64,000 nt of DNA, taken from positions 128,001 through 192,000 of the IMG/VR virus record IMGVR_UViG_3300026549_000895; one strand, 5' to 3'. Numbering within the stretch: the first letter of the stretch is position 1; every line of letters starts with the position of its first letter. A program made the translations under genes and the position numbers. Shown piece after piece: positions 39,879 to 49,456 of the stretch. The DNA is from a virus (taxonomy: Duplodnaviria > Caudoviricetes). The notes below the pieces were generated by a model. That model was not told the DNA's origin. It did no database searches and was given only the letters and a program-made list of their open reading frames with translations.

Positions 39879-40252
39879 CTCCGATCATTATGTGGTGGAT
39901 TGAACATTGCCATGTCAATCAACCATCCGAATTTATAGATATGCTCCATCTTGAAATCCTCGTATGATAAAAATTCGAGGAATCCAAGCATAGCATATAA
40001 CGCAATATACAAATCTCTGTCCTGATATGTTCCACTAATATCTGAGAGATTGCATATTGTTTCTGTCTGAAGATTGTAATTGATTTGAACATTCTCTTTT
40101 GATTTGTTTGAATAAATCAGAAAAGACATCACACCTTTTGGATCTTCTGACATATGACAATACATATCATGACCCAAATTGATTACTTTATTTTCATCAT
40201 CATAATCAAAATGAGCTTCATAGAACTTACGCATGAATTCTTTTTTCGTCAT
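39875..40252 (-). CDS. Hypothetical protein (start MTKKEF at 40252)
   Basis: GAAAGGAG RBS; early-type motif at 40287-40298. Confidence 0.65.
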   Translation of the reverse strand: MTKKEFMRKFYEAHFDYDDENKVINLGHDMYCHMSEDPKGVMSFLIYSNKSKENVQINYNLQTETICNLSDISGTYQDRDLYIALYAMLGFLEFLSYEDFKMEHIYKFGWLIDMAMFNPPHNDRR

Positions 40253-40298
40253 ATTTGACACTCCTTTCAAGATATATTATCACACTAATGATATATAT

Positions 40299-41786
40299 TT
40301 AAAAGATATCAAATTGCAATTCGGACATGCTTAAAGCCAATGTCTTTATTGTCTTTGAACGAAGCTTGGCAAATATCACATCCATCTTTACAGAGTCATC
40401 TATAATATCATAGTAGCCGCAAGTCTTTCCATAGTAACGAAGTCGACCAAATACTTGCTCGGTCGTTATCTTTGATTTGAAAGGTGAGCAGCATATGATG
40501 TCTGTTAAGCCGGGGATATCTTTACCAGTTCCACACGATAAGATTGTGGAAATGATAACATCACATCTTCCTGTGTGTTCATTTTCCGCTTTTGAATTGT
40601 GTGAATTTATTGTGCCAATTCTCAAATCATAATCAAAGGATTGATCTTTGTTGAGATGAGTGTTTATGAAAAATCTTAAGTCTTCACATAATTCAATCAA
40701 AGGCATGAATATCAATACTTTAGCATGTTCATCTCTTGTGAATATCATACGCAATAATTCATTTATTGCATTGAAATGAACATGTCTTCTATCTCGTTTT
40801 ATAACAGCCTTTCCATACTTGGTTGCATTCATTCCACGACCATTTTCAAGTTGATACTTAGAGACATTGAATGGAACATGAGTGTTGACATGAATACAGC
40901 AATATTCAATCCATTTCCTTTTATGTTTTGCATTCTTTGTAAATTTTATGGCTTTTGTGAATACATGTCCGAATATAGCATTTTCATCTTTTGAAGAACG
41001 TCCATCAGTTGCAGTCAGATATAGATTTCTTTTTATATTCATGGACATGTCTATGAGTATGATATTGTGAAACTCCAAATGAGCTTCATCTATTATTTTC
41101 AAACCTATACCAAGATTCTCAATTGCTTTTGCTATTCGTTCAAAACAACCGCCGACGGCTTTTAATGCGAAACGAAATGTCTGATGTGATAACAAATATA
41201 CATCAGCCAAATCAAGTTCTAATTCCTCAGCAGCCAAAAAATCTTCTGTCGTTAAAGTATGAATATCAGAGTCTGCCATACCTATCTTCTCGATAAGTGT
41301 TGCTCTCCATTGTTTAAGCAATTCTGCTCTATGGCAAATGATGAGAGTTTTCTTTTTATATAAAACAGCTCCAACACATGATGTGTAGGTTTTACCAGTA
41401 CCAACAGCACTTACCATGAATATTTGGGGAGAGTTTTTAGTTCTTGCCCATTCATTTGAAGCTGATACAAAGTTAATCATTTCAACCTGTTCTTCATCAC
41501 GAGGAGGAATGATTTCTTCGTATTCAAATAACATATCAGCTGGTTCCGGAGCTTCATGCACTGTAACTTTGGCATCAACCAAAGTCTTTTTGATATATTC
41601 AACATCAACACCTTTGTTGAAATATAACATGTCTTGTTGCTCATTAATTACATATCCAAGCGTATTTATGACTTCTTCATATTCATCTTCATATTCAAAT
41701 AACTCAAGAAGCTTTCCTAATTTAATAGACGCTTCCTTTGCATTTGATACTGATATATGTGTTGGATATACATTTATCTCAAACAC
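40299..41786 (-). CDS. SF2 DNA helicase (UvsW/RAD25-like)
   Basis: PRDEEQ Q-motif, AVGTGKT, IIDEAH, LTAT, GTGKDIPGL, QVFGRLR. Confidence 0.85.
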   Translation of the reverse strand: MFEINVYPTHISVSNAKEASIKLGKLLELFEYEDEYEEVINTLGYVINEQQDMLYFNKGVDVEYIKKTLVDAKVTVHEAPEPADMLFEYEEIIPPRDEEQVEMINFVSASNEWARTKNSPQIFMVSAVGTGKTYTSCVGAVLYKKKTLIICHRAELLKQWRATLIEKIGMADSDIHTLTTEDFLAAEELELDLADVYLLSHQTFRFALKAVGGCFERIAKAIENLGIGLKIIDEAHLEFHNIILIDMSMNIKRNLYLTATDGRSSKDENAIFGHVFTKAIKFTKNAKHKRKWIEYCCIHVNTHVPFNVSKYQLENGRGMNATKYGKAVIKRDRRHVHFNAINELLRMIFTRDEHAKVLIFMPLIELCEDLRFFINTHLNKDQSFDYDLRIGTINSHNSKAENEHTGRCDVIISTILSCGTGKDIPGLTDIICCSPFKSKITTEQVFGRLRYYGKTCGYYDIIDDSVKMDVIFAKLRSKTIKTLALSMSELQFDIF

Positions 41787-41811
41787 GAAATTTCTCCTTT
41801 CGTATTATATT

Positions 41812-41835
41812 TCCCCGGAGAATATTCTCCGGGGA
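41812..41835 (-). terminator. Terminator hairpin
   Basis: TCCCCGGAGAAT/ATTCTCCGGGGA palindrome. Confidence 0.65.
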
Positions 41836-41843
41836 TATTGAGT

Positions 41844-44147
41844 TTACTTTACAATTACTCTTACAACTGGAACACCCGGAACATGTTTCGGTTTCTTAAG
41901 AGGAGTTTGCATTGTAGATGGTTCAAGAGAGTCAACATTTATTGTTGATATTCTACCATCAGCATGATACAACTTTACCACTGAAGACTTATTGACACAT
42001 GCAACATCTGCCAATACATCTCTTTCGGATAATGTCAATATCGGGAATGGCTTACTGAACTTCTTTGATGTTGATAGATACTTAGCATGGTTGAGACGAA
42101 CTCTACCAGACTGAGCAATGTATAACAAGAACTGTTTATTCGGATTGATAATGAACATTCCACAAGTCAATCCATCGTTTATGATATACTGACCTGCCGA
42201 CTCAAGAGTCTTCTGAACATTCAGAGAATCAGCGGATATTTTCTTACCGTAACCATTCTTAGTATAGACAAGTATATCCTCCCTCATTGATATGAGTTCA
42301 AGTACAGATACAATTGTTTCATCGGCATTCAAAGGAAGTAATGGACGCTTTGAATTTCTGGTAGGTAATTCTGATATGGACATACATTTGATTCTACCTT
42401 CATTGGTTAACATAGCAAAGTTATGGTCAACCTGTGAAAGAACGTGTATGCATTTACTCATTGGAACTTTGCCGATTGATGTAAGTTTAATCTGTTGATC
42501 ATGAGGAACTTTGTTGACATTGACCCATAAGAATCTACCCTTGTCATCTATGAGGCAAACTTCTTCACCAGATATAGGAATTATATCAGATGATATATTG
42601 TTTGTATCATCAGTCTCTGAGAATATGACAGAACCATCATTCAGTATCTGAACATATCCTATCTTCTTATTCTCAGCATTTCCGTTTGTATTGAGTATCT
42701 TTGAACGACGAGGATATCCATACTTCTCTTTGATTTCCTGAAGTTCATCAATGATGATTTGTTTAATCTTCTCAGGGTCCGAAATGATTGCTCTTGTGGT
42801 TTCAATCTCTTCAACAACCTCTTGAAGCTTCACTATTGTTTTATGATACTGCTTCTTTGTCAATGTATAAAGCTTGGCATCAGCAATGCAATTTGCCTGA
42901 GAAGTTGATACATGCGGTTCGAAAGCTTTGTGTAATGCATCTATGATATCTTCTCTATCATCAACATGCGATATGATGTCAATGGTAGTTTGACGATTTT
43001 CATCCGATAGCATATATTTTTTACCTTCAAGCATGTTCTTTTCGGTATTCAAATCAACAAGCTTTCTCAGATAGAAACCACGCTTTTCGAATAATCTGTT
43101 TTGAATCCATGCAAGCAATATCTGACGAGGGTCATATTTACGTGCCTTGAAATGATTATCGACAACATGCATATTTCTTGCGGATATCGGTGAACGGAAA
43201 CCACCTACTCGTTTGAATAACTTATTGAGAACATCATACAAATTACAAGGTCTACACTTGATGACATATCTAACTTTGCCTTCCATCAAATCAGAGTCAT
43301 CATCAGCTGACAATATCTCAGGAATAGGATTTGGAGAAGTCTGTATTTCACACAAACGTTTATCAATATCATCAAGGAAGTTCATGTATGGAGTGTTCTT
43401 GATTGTTATGATATAATTCATGTTATCCAATTCGAATGAAGATTGGAAGCAGAATGTTTCCTTGTCAAGCACGATGACATCACAACCAGTTGGAGAATCT
43501 GGAATGAGATTGATTTTAGCATCAGGCTTCTTCATAAGCTTTATAGTAGCATCCGCTATCTCATTCAGATTGTAAGGAAGAATATCAGAAGATATCGTCC
43601 AACCAATACCTGATGTGCCATTTAATAACACAATCGGAAATTTCGATGGTAACGAGATTGGTTCAAGTTTCGGAGGACTTGCTGACATCTTCATATTTAC
43701 TTTTCCATCGAACTCTTTGAACAATATCTCATATGCAAATTCAGACATTCGCATATCCAAATATCTCGGAGATGCAAAGTCATCACCTGATGTAGCATTA
43801 CCTGAGTTACCTGTATCAGCAGTTGATAACAACGGAACGTTATTTGTGAATGGTTGAGCCATTCTTGCAAATACTCCACCAAGACCTTGCTCACCATGAG
43901 GATGTATCTTTGAAGTTTCACCTATCATGGAATTTACTTTGAACTTATCTCTTCCATATTCCTTATAGATGAGATATAAGATTCTTCTCATGACAGGTTT
44001 AAGTCCATCCGATATCATTGGGAAAGAACGTTCGAGATTTATGTTATATCCATAAATACACATATAGTCAGAAACCAGAGGACCACATTCAGCTTCTCGA
44101 ACATTTGGATTATTAGGATAATCTTCATCCGTTATTTTATACATCAT
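41844..44147 (-). CDS. Type IIA topoisomerase subunit A (GyrA/ParC-like)
   Basis: RSFPMISDGLKPVMRRIL, IHPHGE, ASPRY (catalytic Tyr), LLNGTSGIGW; C-terminal beta-pinwheel-like repeats. Confidence 0.9.
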   Translation of the reverse strand: MMYKITDEDYPNNPNVREAECGPLVSDYMCIYGYNINLERSFPMISDGLKPVMRRILYLIYKEYGRDKFKVNSMIGETSKIHPHGEQGLGGVFARMAQPFTNNVPLLSTADTGNSGNATSGDDFASPRYLDMRMSEFAYEILFKEFDGKVNMKMSASPPKLEPISLPSKFPIVLLNGTSGIGWTISSDILPYNLNEIADATIKLMKKPDAKINLIPDSPTGCDVIVLDKETFCFQSSFELDNMNYIITIKNTPYMNFLDDIDKRLCEIQTSPNPIPEILSADDDSDLMEGKVRYVIKCRPCNLYDVLNKLFKRVGGFRSPISARNMHVVDNHFKARKYDPRQILLAWIQNRLFEKRGFYLRKLVDLNTEKNMLEGKKYMLSDENRQTTIDIISHVDDREDIIDALHKAFEPHVSTSQANCIADAKLYTLTKKQYHKTIVKLQEVVEEIETTRAIISDPEKIKQIIIDELQEIKEKYGYPRRSKILNTNGNAENKKIGYVQILNDGSVIFSETDDTNNISSDIIPISGEEVCLIDDKGRFLWVNVNKVPHDQQIKLTSIGKVPMSKCIHVLSQVDHNFAMLTNEGRIKCMSISELPTRNSKRPLLPLNADETIVSVLELISMREDILVYTKNGYGKKISADSLNVQKTLESAGQYIINDGLTCGMFIINPNKQFLLYIAQSGRVRLNHAKYLSTSKKFSKPFPILTLSERDVLADVACVNKSSVVKLYHADGRISTINVDSLEPSTMQTPLKKPKHVPGVPVVRVIVK

Positions 44148-44167
44148 TATTTATCGATTCTCCTTTA

Positions 44168-46066
44168 TTATGATTTTATACCGAACATCATATCCAGATA
44201 ACGGAAGTATTCAGTAACACTTGGTAGATTAAACCAATTGTATGTAACACCTTGTATATTTCCATTCTTGTAAGAATTGAAAATTGGTGTTGCCATATCC
44301 TTTGGATGTATTCCTCCATCAGAATCCTTCCATATATAGGTTTGATTGTATGATTTATTTATACACTGATTGTTGATGAACAGCTCATTTGAAATGTCAC
44401 ATTTGTAATCAACTGTCTCAGCATCAAGATTGTCACCCATTTTTGTCGATGGGTAGTATGCTTTTGCATCTGCATCCATAACAGCATAAATGATATTGTT
44501 AATCATCTTACCATTCAGAATTTGTCCGGTTGGTAAATTGTTTTCTGTAGGAGCAACATATGCACCTTCATAATGAGTATCAACATCAGGATCAACAACC
44601 TGTTTGCATCCTTGAATGAAACCTTGGTTTTCAAAATCAAGTTCGCGACAATTTCGAACAATGACAGTTTCCTTTGTTGCTTTTGAATATGGTGATGCAA
44701 ATTCATAACATCTTGAAACTAATGTCTGACAATCATTTACTATCGACTCAATTGCCAATTGAACAACAACATCACGAACATTGTACAGAATGAATTTTAA
44801 GAAATCTGTATATGCGAATTCTCGGAAAGTACCACTCTTGGTATCTGACAATTTGTGAATATCAGCAACTTCTCCACCAATATAAGTCAATGCATATGAT
44901 GGCATTTCCTTTTCGGCTTTTCTGATTTGCGCATATAATCTCATCTGACACATATAAACCGTGAATGATGAAGTGTGGAAGAAAGAGCCATCTGTCTTCA
45001 TTGCATAGTTATCAGACTTATCTTCAACGAAGTATATCTTGTTTGTAAGAATTTCTTCCGGTATGATAATCTCTTCTGGATCGTATCCCAAAGCCATAAT
45101 TCTGTTCCAAAGGTAATTATCATCAAAAGGTGCGTTCCAAGATAGACAGAACATCGGACGATATTTATTGATATAAGCAAATATAGTTCCAATCAATTCT
45201 ATCTCTTTATCAAAGTCATAGATATGTAATCGAACTTCATAATCAGATATCCATTTCTCATTGTCCTTATCATCGAACTTTATCATTTCAATGAACTTCT
45301 GTTGGTTCTCGGTTAACCAATTAAATTCTTCTTCCTGCTTTGCCAATAACTGATGGAACTTCTCATCTATCTTATCTTTAGGACGAGGACCCAATATGAA
45401 TACAGCACATATCTTTTGAGCTGGTAATATCAATGTAACAGCATTGATAGGTTGAGGTGCTGAATGATAATCATCCAAGTTGATTGGTCTGTCAAGAGTA
45501 TCGACCTCAATATCAAGGAATGCTGATGTAACACATCCGATATTAAACTCATCACCATGTTCCTGAACCCACTTCATTCTATACTGAGATTCTGGAATGA
45601 AGTCTCCTTTGAATACCCATGGATTCTCGCACATCAAAGCATTGATTTCTTTTTTCGAATATGAAGGGTCTTGTGACATCATTTCATATATCTGAGCATA
45701 TGTGACATTTCTACATTTCTTTCGATGGTCATAATATATAGCATCTCCAGCATGTTCATATATTTTCTTTGCAACTTGTGATGGTAAACAATGAACACAA
45801 TAACACAAGTCCCTATCAATCCAAGCATGTTGATAAATATACTTTGGATCTCCATCTTCATCAACATCATTTCGATGTTCCTTCTTGATAAACCAGATAT
45901 CTATTATTGGCTTCTCATAATTCACTTCAAGTCTCTGAGTAATAGGAGACCAATAGATTACTTCAAAACATTCTTTTGGTTTTCTATGGTATTTTACGTC
46001 AAATAATTGACTACCTTCTGGATATTGAAAGTAAGGATCAAACTTTATTTCTTTCTTAATAACCAA
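44168..46066 (-). CDS. Family B DNA polymerase, N-terminal subunit (3'-5' exonuclease plus motif A)
   Basis: ExoI LDIEV, ExoII WNAPFD, ExoIII YNVRD, YEGAYV and motif A DAKAYYPS; start codon uncertain. Confidence 0.85.
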   Translation of the reverse strand: MVIKKEIKFDPYFQYPEGSQLFDVKYHRKPKECFEVIYWSPITQRLEVNYEKPIIDIWFIKKEHRNDVDEDGDPKYIYQHAWIDRDLCYCVHCLPSQVAKKIYEHAGDAIYYDHRKKCRNVTYAQIYEMMSQDPSYSKKEINALMCENPWVFKGDFIPESQYRMKWVQEHGDEFNIGCVTSAFLDIEVDTLDRPINLDDYHSAPQPINAVTLILPAQKICAVFILGPRPKDKIDEKFHQLLAKQEEEFNWLTENQQKFIEMIKFDDKDNEKWISDYEVRLHIYDFDKEIELIGTIFAYINKYRPMFCLSWNAPFDDNYLWNRIMALGYDPEEIIIPEEILTNKIYFVEDKSDNYAMKTDGSFFHTSSFTVYMCQMRLYAQIRKAEKEMPSYALTYIGGEVADIHKLSDTKSGTFREFAYTDFLKFILYNVRDVVVQLAIESIVNDCQTLVSRCYEFASPYSKATKETVIVRNCRELDFENQGFIQGCKQVVDPDVDTHYEGAYVAPTENNLPTGQILNGKMINNIIYAVMDADAKAYYPSTKMGDNLDAETVDYKCDISNELFINNQCINKSYNQTYIWKDSDGGIHPKDMATPIFNSYKNGNIQGVTYNWFNLPSVTEYFRYLDMMFGIKS

Positions 46067-46132
46067 TTTAAACTCATCTCCTTATCGAAAATCAACATGT
46101 ATGAATTAGTATAATTCATCCATGTACAAAAT

Positions 46133-46144
46133 AAGAATATATAT
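46133..46144 (-). promoter_or_regulatory. Early-type promoter motif ATRTAYATNNTT (representative copy)
   Basis: ATATATATTCTT before polB-N. Other copies: 5324(+), 6635(+), 25754(-), 40287(-), 48757(+), 56540(+). Confidence 0.45.
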
Positions 46145-46163
46145 CGAAGATTTAAAATTATAT

Positions 46164-46183
46164 TGCCCCGCCGAAGCGGGGCA
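46164..46183 (-). terminator. Terminator hairpin after amidase
   Basis: TGCCCCGC-cgaa-GCGGGGCA (UUCG loop on the minus strand). Confidence 0.7.
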
Positions 46184-46188
46184 TATGT

Positions 46189-47490
46189 TTATCGAATTAA
46201 ATACTTCCAGTCATTTCCACCGAGATAGCCAACGCCAAGTCCATACTTTCTCTGGAAAGCATATATAGCATTCATTGTCTGATTACCTGCTATACCATCT
46301 GCGGAAATGCCGAGTCTCTTCTGAACCCACTTGATGAGGTTGCCAGTATCTCCTTTCTTAACAGTATACTTCTTGCAAGCTTGGAAAGTCTTGTCTCCAG
46401 CTATACCATCACAAACAAGTCCAGCTCCTCCAACATTCAGTATCTGCTGAAGTTCCTTGATTTGAGCGTCATATTTTCCACTCCACCAAGAAGTTTGTGC
46501 GGGCGCAGGAGTTGGCTTCGGAGGTTCGTTGTTCTTTACAACTACCCAACCTTTTCCACTCTTCAGTTTTCCATATACAATATTTCCAACTGTCTTCTCT
46601 TCAACAATAGTGAAGACACCATTTGCTCCGACAGAACCAATCATCTGCCCACCCGCATCTTTGTATACAGGTTCATTGGCTTTGAAAGATTTTGTATACA
46701 GATCCTTTTGAACCGGCTGAACAGGAGTATGCACAGCAGGTGTTTCATTCTTAATAACAACCCATCCAGCACCGGACTTAAGCTGACCATATGTGATGTA
46801 TCCAATCTTCTTATCTTTTATGATTGTATACTTTGCTGACTTTGTGATTTTGGAAACTTCCTTTCCACCAGCCGTATCATATATAGGAGCATTTGCTTCT
46901 AATGATACCAGATATCCACTGACATCAGGTGTAGAAGCTGTTTGTAATTGTGCATTTACATCATTACAAATCTGCTGTGCTCTGGCTTTGATATACGGTC
47001 CTGGGCAGCCTGTAGCTGCATACATGTAATGGAATGTAAGAGAACCATTCTCATCACCTGTGAATTCCAACTTAGGGATTCCATTTCTCTTACAGATATC
47101 AACACAAAGCTTAATCAATGCTTTATAAGAAGCATCCGATATAGGCCATCCTGTTGCATCTCCATAAGCAGAGTTTGATACTTCAATCGTGATGGCTCTG
47201 TTGTCGTTCCATTGAGATGAAGAACACCAGCTTCTATCTGCTTCAGGACAGAACAATCCGATGTCTCCCTTTACATCAATAGCATAGTTAGCCGACATCT
47301 CACGTTTCGGATTCATTACAATATTCTTGAATGTATCCAGATAACCAACTCCTGCCCAATGATGTATGGTTATTTTTGTTATCTTGGTAATGGGAGCAAC
47401 TTTTACTCCATTAACAATGTCATATCTACCAATGTTTCTATTGGGAGATATAGATATCATCGATACCAAGGGTGAATTAGTAAAAGCCAT
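46189..47490 (-). CDS. Endolysin: Amidase_2 N-acetylmuramoyl-L-alanine amidase with two SH3-like and two PG-binding domains (start MAFTNS at 47490)
   Basis: ITIHHWAG, SANYAI, RSWCSS, AITIEV, H..YAATGCPG; two YG(Q/K)LKSGxGWV repeats; two DGIAG repeats; GAAAGGAG RBS. Confidence 0.9.
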   Translation of the reverse strand: MAFTNSPLVSMISISPNRNIGRYDIVNGVKVAPITKITKITIHHWAGVGYLDTFKNIVMNPKREMSANYAIDVKGDIGLFCPEADRSWCSSSQWNDNRAITIEVSNSAYGDATGWPISDASYKALIKLCVDICKRNGIPKLEFTGDENGSLTFHYMYAATGCPGPYIKARAQQICNDVNAQLQTASTPDVSGYLVSLEANAPIYDTAGGKEVSKITKSAKYTIIKDKKIGYITYGQLKSGAGWVVIKNETPAVHTPVQPVQKDLYTKSFKANEPVYKDAGGQMIGSVGANGVFTIVEEKTVGNIVYGKLKSGKGWVVVKNNEPPKPTPAPAQTSWWSGKYDAQIKELQQILNVGGAGLVCDGIAGDKTFQACKKYTVKKGDTGNLIKWVQKRLGISADGIAGNQTMNAIYAFQRKYGLGVGYLGGNDWKYLIR

Positions 47491-47591
47491 AAACGACTCT
47501 CCTTTCATAGTATGATATACTAAATCGTTCACGCAATAATAATTCACTTGTTCCGTGTGAAAATATATTAATTTGAAAGGAATGATATTTT

Positions 47592-48680
47592 ATGACAAAC
47601 GAAATATCTATCAATTGGAACAAAAACCAACGTACGGAAAGACCGATCTTTGAAGCTTTTGATGAAGCCGCACTTGAAGATCTTCAATATGAAGCAATGG
47701 CTTTGTATGGAGAAGCTTGTTATATTGAGGATTCTATTCAGGATTATATTATGGAAGCTGCATCAGAAACAAAAGGGAATGAACCCGGCGTTCTTACAAG
47801 TGTTGGTCGATTGATCAAGAACTTAGTGGGTAGATTTATTCGTGCAATTACAAGATTCATGACTAATCATCAATGCAAAAAGGCTGTTGAATTTTTCAAT
47901 GATGCCAAAAACCGTTCTATGGTTAAAGACTATATAAAAGCTAACTGGAAACTTGAAAAAACCGATCCCGGTTACGCTTTCATGCAAGCGGTAGTTGTTA
48001 TGAAAGTATTATTGAAACATGTTAGCTCATATGAAAAGATTTTTAAAGCAAAAAATAAAGATGAACTTATAGCATCTTTGGGTGATAACCCATTTGGTGG
48101 TATCAACGACACGACATACTTCGCAGTTACAGATGTGACTCCTCAAAAGATAGGTACTTTTATTGATAAAATGTTTGGTGGAAATGGTATTTATGGTTCA
48201 GATAAAACATTAAATGACATTATTCATCAACTTGAAACTTTCAATACACGTTGGACACCTTATGATTCAAAAGATTCTCCGGTTGTAAAAATGATTACAA
48301 GCGACATAAAGGCTTTTGCTACATTCCAAAGCAGGTTACTAACGGCATATAAATTCTTTTCAACTGTTGAGAAGGATTCTGTTTTGAAAGGTCTTCATGA
48401 AAACAATAAAAAATTATCGGATATAAAAGATCAAGCTCATGAGATGAATGAAAAGGCTGACAAATCTGCGAATAAAACGGAAAAAGACATTCCGATTGAT
48501 TACAAAAAAATGATGTCAAATCATCTTGATGATACTAATAAATCGGTCAAAAATGTTCAAAAGAACATTCGTAATCAGGATGAAAAACGATATGCTGAAT
48601 TAAAACGACAGCAGGAAGAAGACAGACGAAAAGAAGAGGAAGAAGAAGCCAGACTCAGAAAAGAACTTGGAATAGATTAA
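47592..48680 (+). CDS. Putative head/internal virion protein
   Basis: Acidic N-terminal segment ending YIMEA; late-type motif CACG-N6-TAA at 47530-47542. Confidence 0.5.
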   Translation: MTNEISINWNKNQRTERPIFEAFDEAALEDLQYEAMALYGEACYIEDSIQDYIMEAASETKGNEPGVLTSVGRLIKNLVGRFIRAITRFMTNHQCKKAVEFFNDAKNRSMVKDYIKANWKLEKTDPGYAFMQAVVVMKVLLKHVSSYEKIFKAKNKDELIASLGDNPFGGINDTTYFAVTDVTPQKIGTFIDKMFGGNGIYGSDKTLNDIIHQLETFNTRWTPYDSKDSPVVKMITSDIKAFATFQSRLLTAYKFFSTVEKDSVLKGLHENNKKLSDIKDQAHEMNEKADKSANKTEKDIPIDYKKMMSNHLDDTNKSVKNVQKNIRNQDEKRYAELKRQQEEDRRKEEEEEARLRKELGID

Positions 48681-48684
48681 TTTG

Positions 48685-48709
48685 TATCCCCGGGTTTATC
48701 CCGGGGATA
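48685..48709 (+). terminator. Terminator hairpin
   Basis: TATCCCCGGG-tttat-CCCGGGGATA. Confidence 0.75.
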
Positions 48710-48756
48710 ATTTCTATGCTATGACAAAACAGGACTCGATTATTTTAACTTTTCAA

Positions 48757-48949
48757 ATATATATTATTAATATGATAAGAAGATAATAAATGTCTCTTAA
48801 TCAGAATCAGATTCAGCCTATATGGCAATTATAAAATATGAGAATCTTAGATGTCTGAGTAATATATGAATTATCTATCTTACACATCACAGCCCACCAG
48901 AAGCTGAGATTCTGGGTAGGATGCAAAAGCCAATGCATCTAAAGAAAGG
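48757..48949 (+). ncRNA. Conserved structured leader/ncRNA, copy 2
   Basis: Same core as 6671-6745; closing stem TAAGAAGATAA/TTATCTATCTTA; downstream pseudoknot and hairpin of different sequence but the same topology. Confidence 0.6.
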
Positions 48950-48956
48950 AAAATTT

Positions 48957-49313
48957 ATGGCTACCATGAAATTCAAACTCGACAAGCTTGAGCAGCGTTT
49001 CCAGGAAAGAAACATTGCAGTAGAAGGATGTGAGCTTGAAATAGAATTTGAACTCGCTGAACTGCCGGGAATAATCAAAGAAATCCCCACTGTAATTAAT
49101 TCAATTTCAGCAGCAGCCGAAAAGAGCAACTCCCGTGAATGGGAGAAAGTATGTAATGAAATAAACGAAGCTAATGACAAGCTTCGTGAGACAGAACGCA
49201 ATTTGCGCGGAGCCGAAGCGCGTGCTGAAGCTGCAGAGCGGAAAGCTCAGAGAAAGCAGGAAGAAGTTGAAGAACTTCGCAAGAAATGCTTCGGAACTCC
49301 TGCTGAAAAGTAA
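48957..49313 (+). CDS. Small coiled-coil protein (cassette 2 cargo)
   Basis: GAAAGGA RBS before ATG 48957; E/K/R/A-rich C-terminal coil. Confidence 0.7.
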   Translation: MATMKFKLDKLEQRFQERNIAVEGCELEIEFELAELPGIIKEIPTVINSISAAAEKSNSREWEKVCNEINEANDKLRETERNLRGAEARAEAAERKAQRKQEEVEELRKKCFGTPAEK

Positions 49314-49320
49314 GAAAGAT

Positions 49321-49360
49321 AAACCCCACCTTTCGGTGGGGTTTTCTTTTTTCTTTTTTA
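49321..49360. terminator. Bidirectional terminator
   Basis: AAACCCCACC-tttc-GGTGGGGTTT plus T-tract. Confidence 0.85.
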
Positions 49361-49456
49361 TTCGTCTTCTCCCTTACCATTGGAGAGTTCCTGAATCATC
49401 TCAGGAGTTTCCTCAGTTTCTTCAATTGTTGTTTTTTCTTTTTCGTCCATTTTGAT

